Source of the DNA: Bdellovibrionales bacterium
GTDB taxonomy: Bacteria > Bdellovibrionota > Bdellovibrionia > Bdellovibrionales > UBA1609
Direction: 5' to 3'
Assembly: GCA_965261545.1 (NCBI GenBank)
Contig: CBDHDF010000011.1
Span: 384,001 to 448,000, forward strand
DNA length: 64,000 bases
The notes under the pieces were generated by a model. It was not told the origin of the DNA. It was given only the letters and a program-made list of their open reading frames with translations, and did not search any database. This document shows positions 62,467 to 64,000 of this stretch, one piece after another (position 1 is the stretch's first letter; each line of letters begins with the position of its first letter). A program made the position numbers and the translations under genes.

Positions 62467-63291
62467 ATGAGTAAATATAAAGCATCTTACACAAAGAAGG
62501 GCCAGAGCGACAGATTTGTCTGGGTTGCTTATTCCGACCTTAGTACAGTCTTGATGCTCTGCTTTATTCTCATATTTATAGTTTTGGCCGTTATCAATCA
62601 TCGTAAAACAGAAGAATCTCGTAAATTAAAAGACTTTGTAGATTCGACTACATTTGAACGTGAAAAAATATTAGATAAACTTGAAAATGTCATTAAGGAA
62701 GTTAGAAAAAGCCCTCAGTGTGAAAACACATTATGGAATGTTAACAGAGGACAAAACTCGATTCAAGTCTATTTTAAAAAGAAAGGTGCCAAGAAACTCG
62801 AATGGTTCAAAATGGGTGAAGAGCACTTAACTATTGATGGAAAACGATGCATAATTTTATTCGCAAAGCGGTGGTTATCAACTATTTATCTAGATCCACT
62901 GCGAGAAAAAATTTCACAACTTATTGTTGAAGGACACACAGATAGCAGTCGGTTATACGGATGTGTGGATATGAGGTATCCGGATAGAAGTAACTTTCTT
63001 TGTAATTTAGAATTGAGTCAAAAACGATCTCTCAATGCTGTAAAGGTTATCTTTGCCAATGTAACCAAAGGCAAGTTTATTGGTAATCCTATTGAATATA
63101 ATTGGAACCAATTTGTAAAGTGGCGCAAGGAGCGATTAACTGCTACAGGTAGGAGCTATGCTCTCCCTATATTTACGACACTCCCCGATGGACGGGTGCA
63201 GGAAGATAAAGATCGAAGTCGAAGAGTGGAATTTCGATTTACAATGAAAAGTCTTCTGGACAGGAGGACGACTTCACGTGGCTTTAATTAA
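62467..63291 (+). CDS. zorB: Zorya ZorB (MotB/OmpA-like)
   Basis: WVAYSDLSTVLM TM with conserved Asp; IVEGHTDS, NLELSQKRS, SRRVEF. Confidence 0.88.
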   Translation: MSKYKASYTKKGQSDRFVWVAYSDLSTVLMLCFILIFIVLAVINHRKTEESRKLKDFVDSTTFEREKILDKLENVIKEVRKSPQCENTLWNVNRGQNSIQVYFKKKGAKKLEWFKMGEEHLTIDGKRCIILFAKRWLSTIYLDPLREKISQLIVEGHTDSSRLYGCVDMRYPDRSNFLCNLELSQKRSLNAVKVIFANVTKGKFIGNPIEYNWNQFVKWRKERLTATGRSYALPIFTTLPDGRVQEDKDRSRRVEFRFTMKSLLDRRTTSRGFN

Positions 63292-64000
63292 TTTTAAAAT
63301 ATTCAATTTGATACAACCATTGGAGATTCGAAGGGAAACTCGTTCAATACCAGTTTTTTTGGAGCAGAGTCTTCATGTAATCAATCCTTTAAAGTGGAGT
63401 AAAATACTTATAAAATTGAAAAAACAAGAGCGATTAACACAAGCTGAGCTATCAATTTGCTTGTTCAATCTCGATAAAATTAACTTGCCTATCTTCTCTT
63501 CGTTTGAGAATCAATTTCAAGAAAGAATGGGCATCAGTACGATTTCAAATTCATGCCGTCGTCTTTCAGAAACTCTTTCGCCAATAGACACGATAAGATT
63601 TATTTTGTCTAAAGAAGATCCACATTGGAGACTTGAAGAATTGTTGCCAGAAGGATTGTTAAAGTATAGAAATGAGCTTGCTACTGGTGATATTGAATCG
63701 CTAGTATCACTGACATTAACTAATGGGTCAGGTATCCGTGAGTTAGTTGAAAGCTTATCTCCGGCAGCTTCCCCTAAATCACTTTCGACCGGTCAGCAAA
63801 CTATTGTGAGGCTTGCATGTCAGTCTCCATATAACTTTGTCATGATCGATCGAGACCAATCTGAGTTGGTCGAATTAGTAGAAGATCTGAGTGACTCAGA
63901 TGTGGAAAAGATCGGATTGATCGACAATTGTGTACAGAAATACATAGAAAAGCACGAGAACTGGCGAACCAAGTTATTAAAGGTCAATAGCCCCTTAGTA
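63278..64000 (+). CDS. Partial ORF running off the window, probably ZorC by position
   Basis: GTG after AGGAGG overlapping the zorB end; frame open to 64000 (read manually; absent from the ORF track). Confidence 0.6.
   Translation, partial: MALINFKIFNLIQPLEIRRETRSIPVFLEQSLHVINPLKWSKILIKLKKQERLTQAELSICLFNLDKINLPIFSSFENQFQERMGISTISNSCRRLSETLSPIDTIRFILSKEDPHWRLEELLPEGLLKYRNELATGDIESLVSLTLTNGSGIRELVESLSPAASPKSLSTGQQTIVRLACQSPYNFVMIDRDQSELVELVEDLSDSDVEKIGLIDNCVQKYIEKHENWRTKLLKVNSPLV

Noticed and set aside
60943..63291. Flagellar MotA/MotB or TolQ/R
   Set aside because: The long ZorA tail, ZorB-type motifs and mobile/defence context favour Zorya

Overview
An AT-rich accessory region, probably from a Bdellovibrionota-like bacterium (inferred from gene content only). 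Positions 1-30.6 kb are a dense pile of nested IS elements: two IS21 types, IS4, ISL3, IS3, an ISNCY-like element, an IS5-like end, a DUF6431/DDE/ExeA transposon and a group II intron 5' fragment. They surround a defence operon made of a TIR protein and a type I R-M system that carries an embedded HEPN gene, an MNT-HsdS fusion, RhuM and a truncated hsdR. Positions 30.7-37 kb hold a lipoprotein, a MITE, a compositionally foreign rarA, a DUF3326 fragment, an IS1634 element and a Mom-like DNA-modification gene. Positions 38-54 kb carry a minus-strand conjugative operon (VirB2/3/4/5/6/8/9/10-like, FtsK-type coupling protein, MOBC-like relaxase) preceded by a sigma54 -24/-12 promoter. Divergent from it lies the most interesting cluster: a sigma54 response regulator, a mini HisKA-like protein, a secreted peptide with a Ser/Thr/Cys tail, an orphan family-5 peptide-binding protein, a YcaO enzyme and a histidine kinase. 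This is a candidate RiPP-pheromone (quorum-sensing) switch for conjugation. The window ends in a Zorya (zorA, zorB, probable zorC) defence locus.
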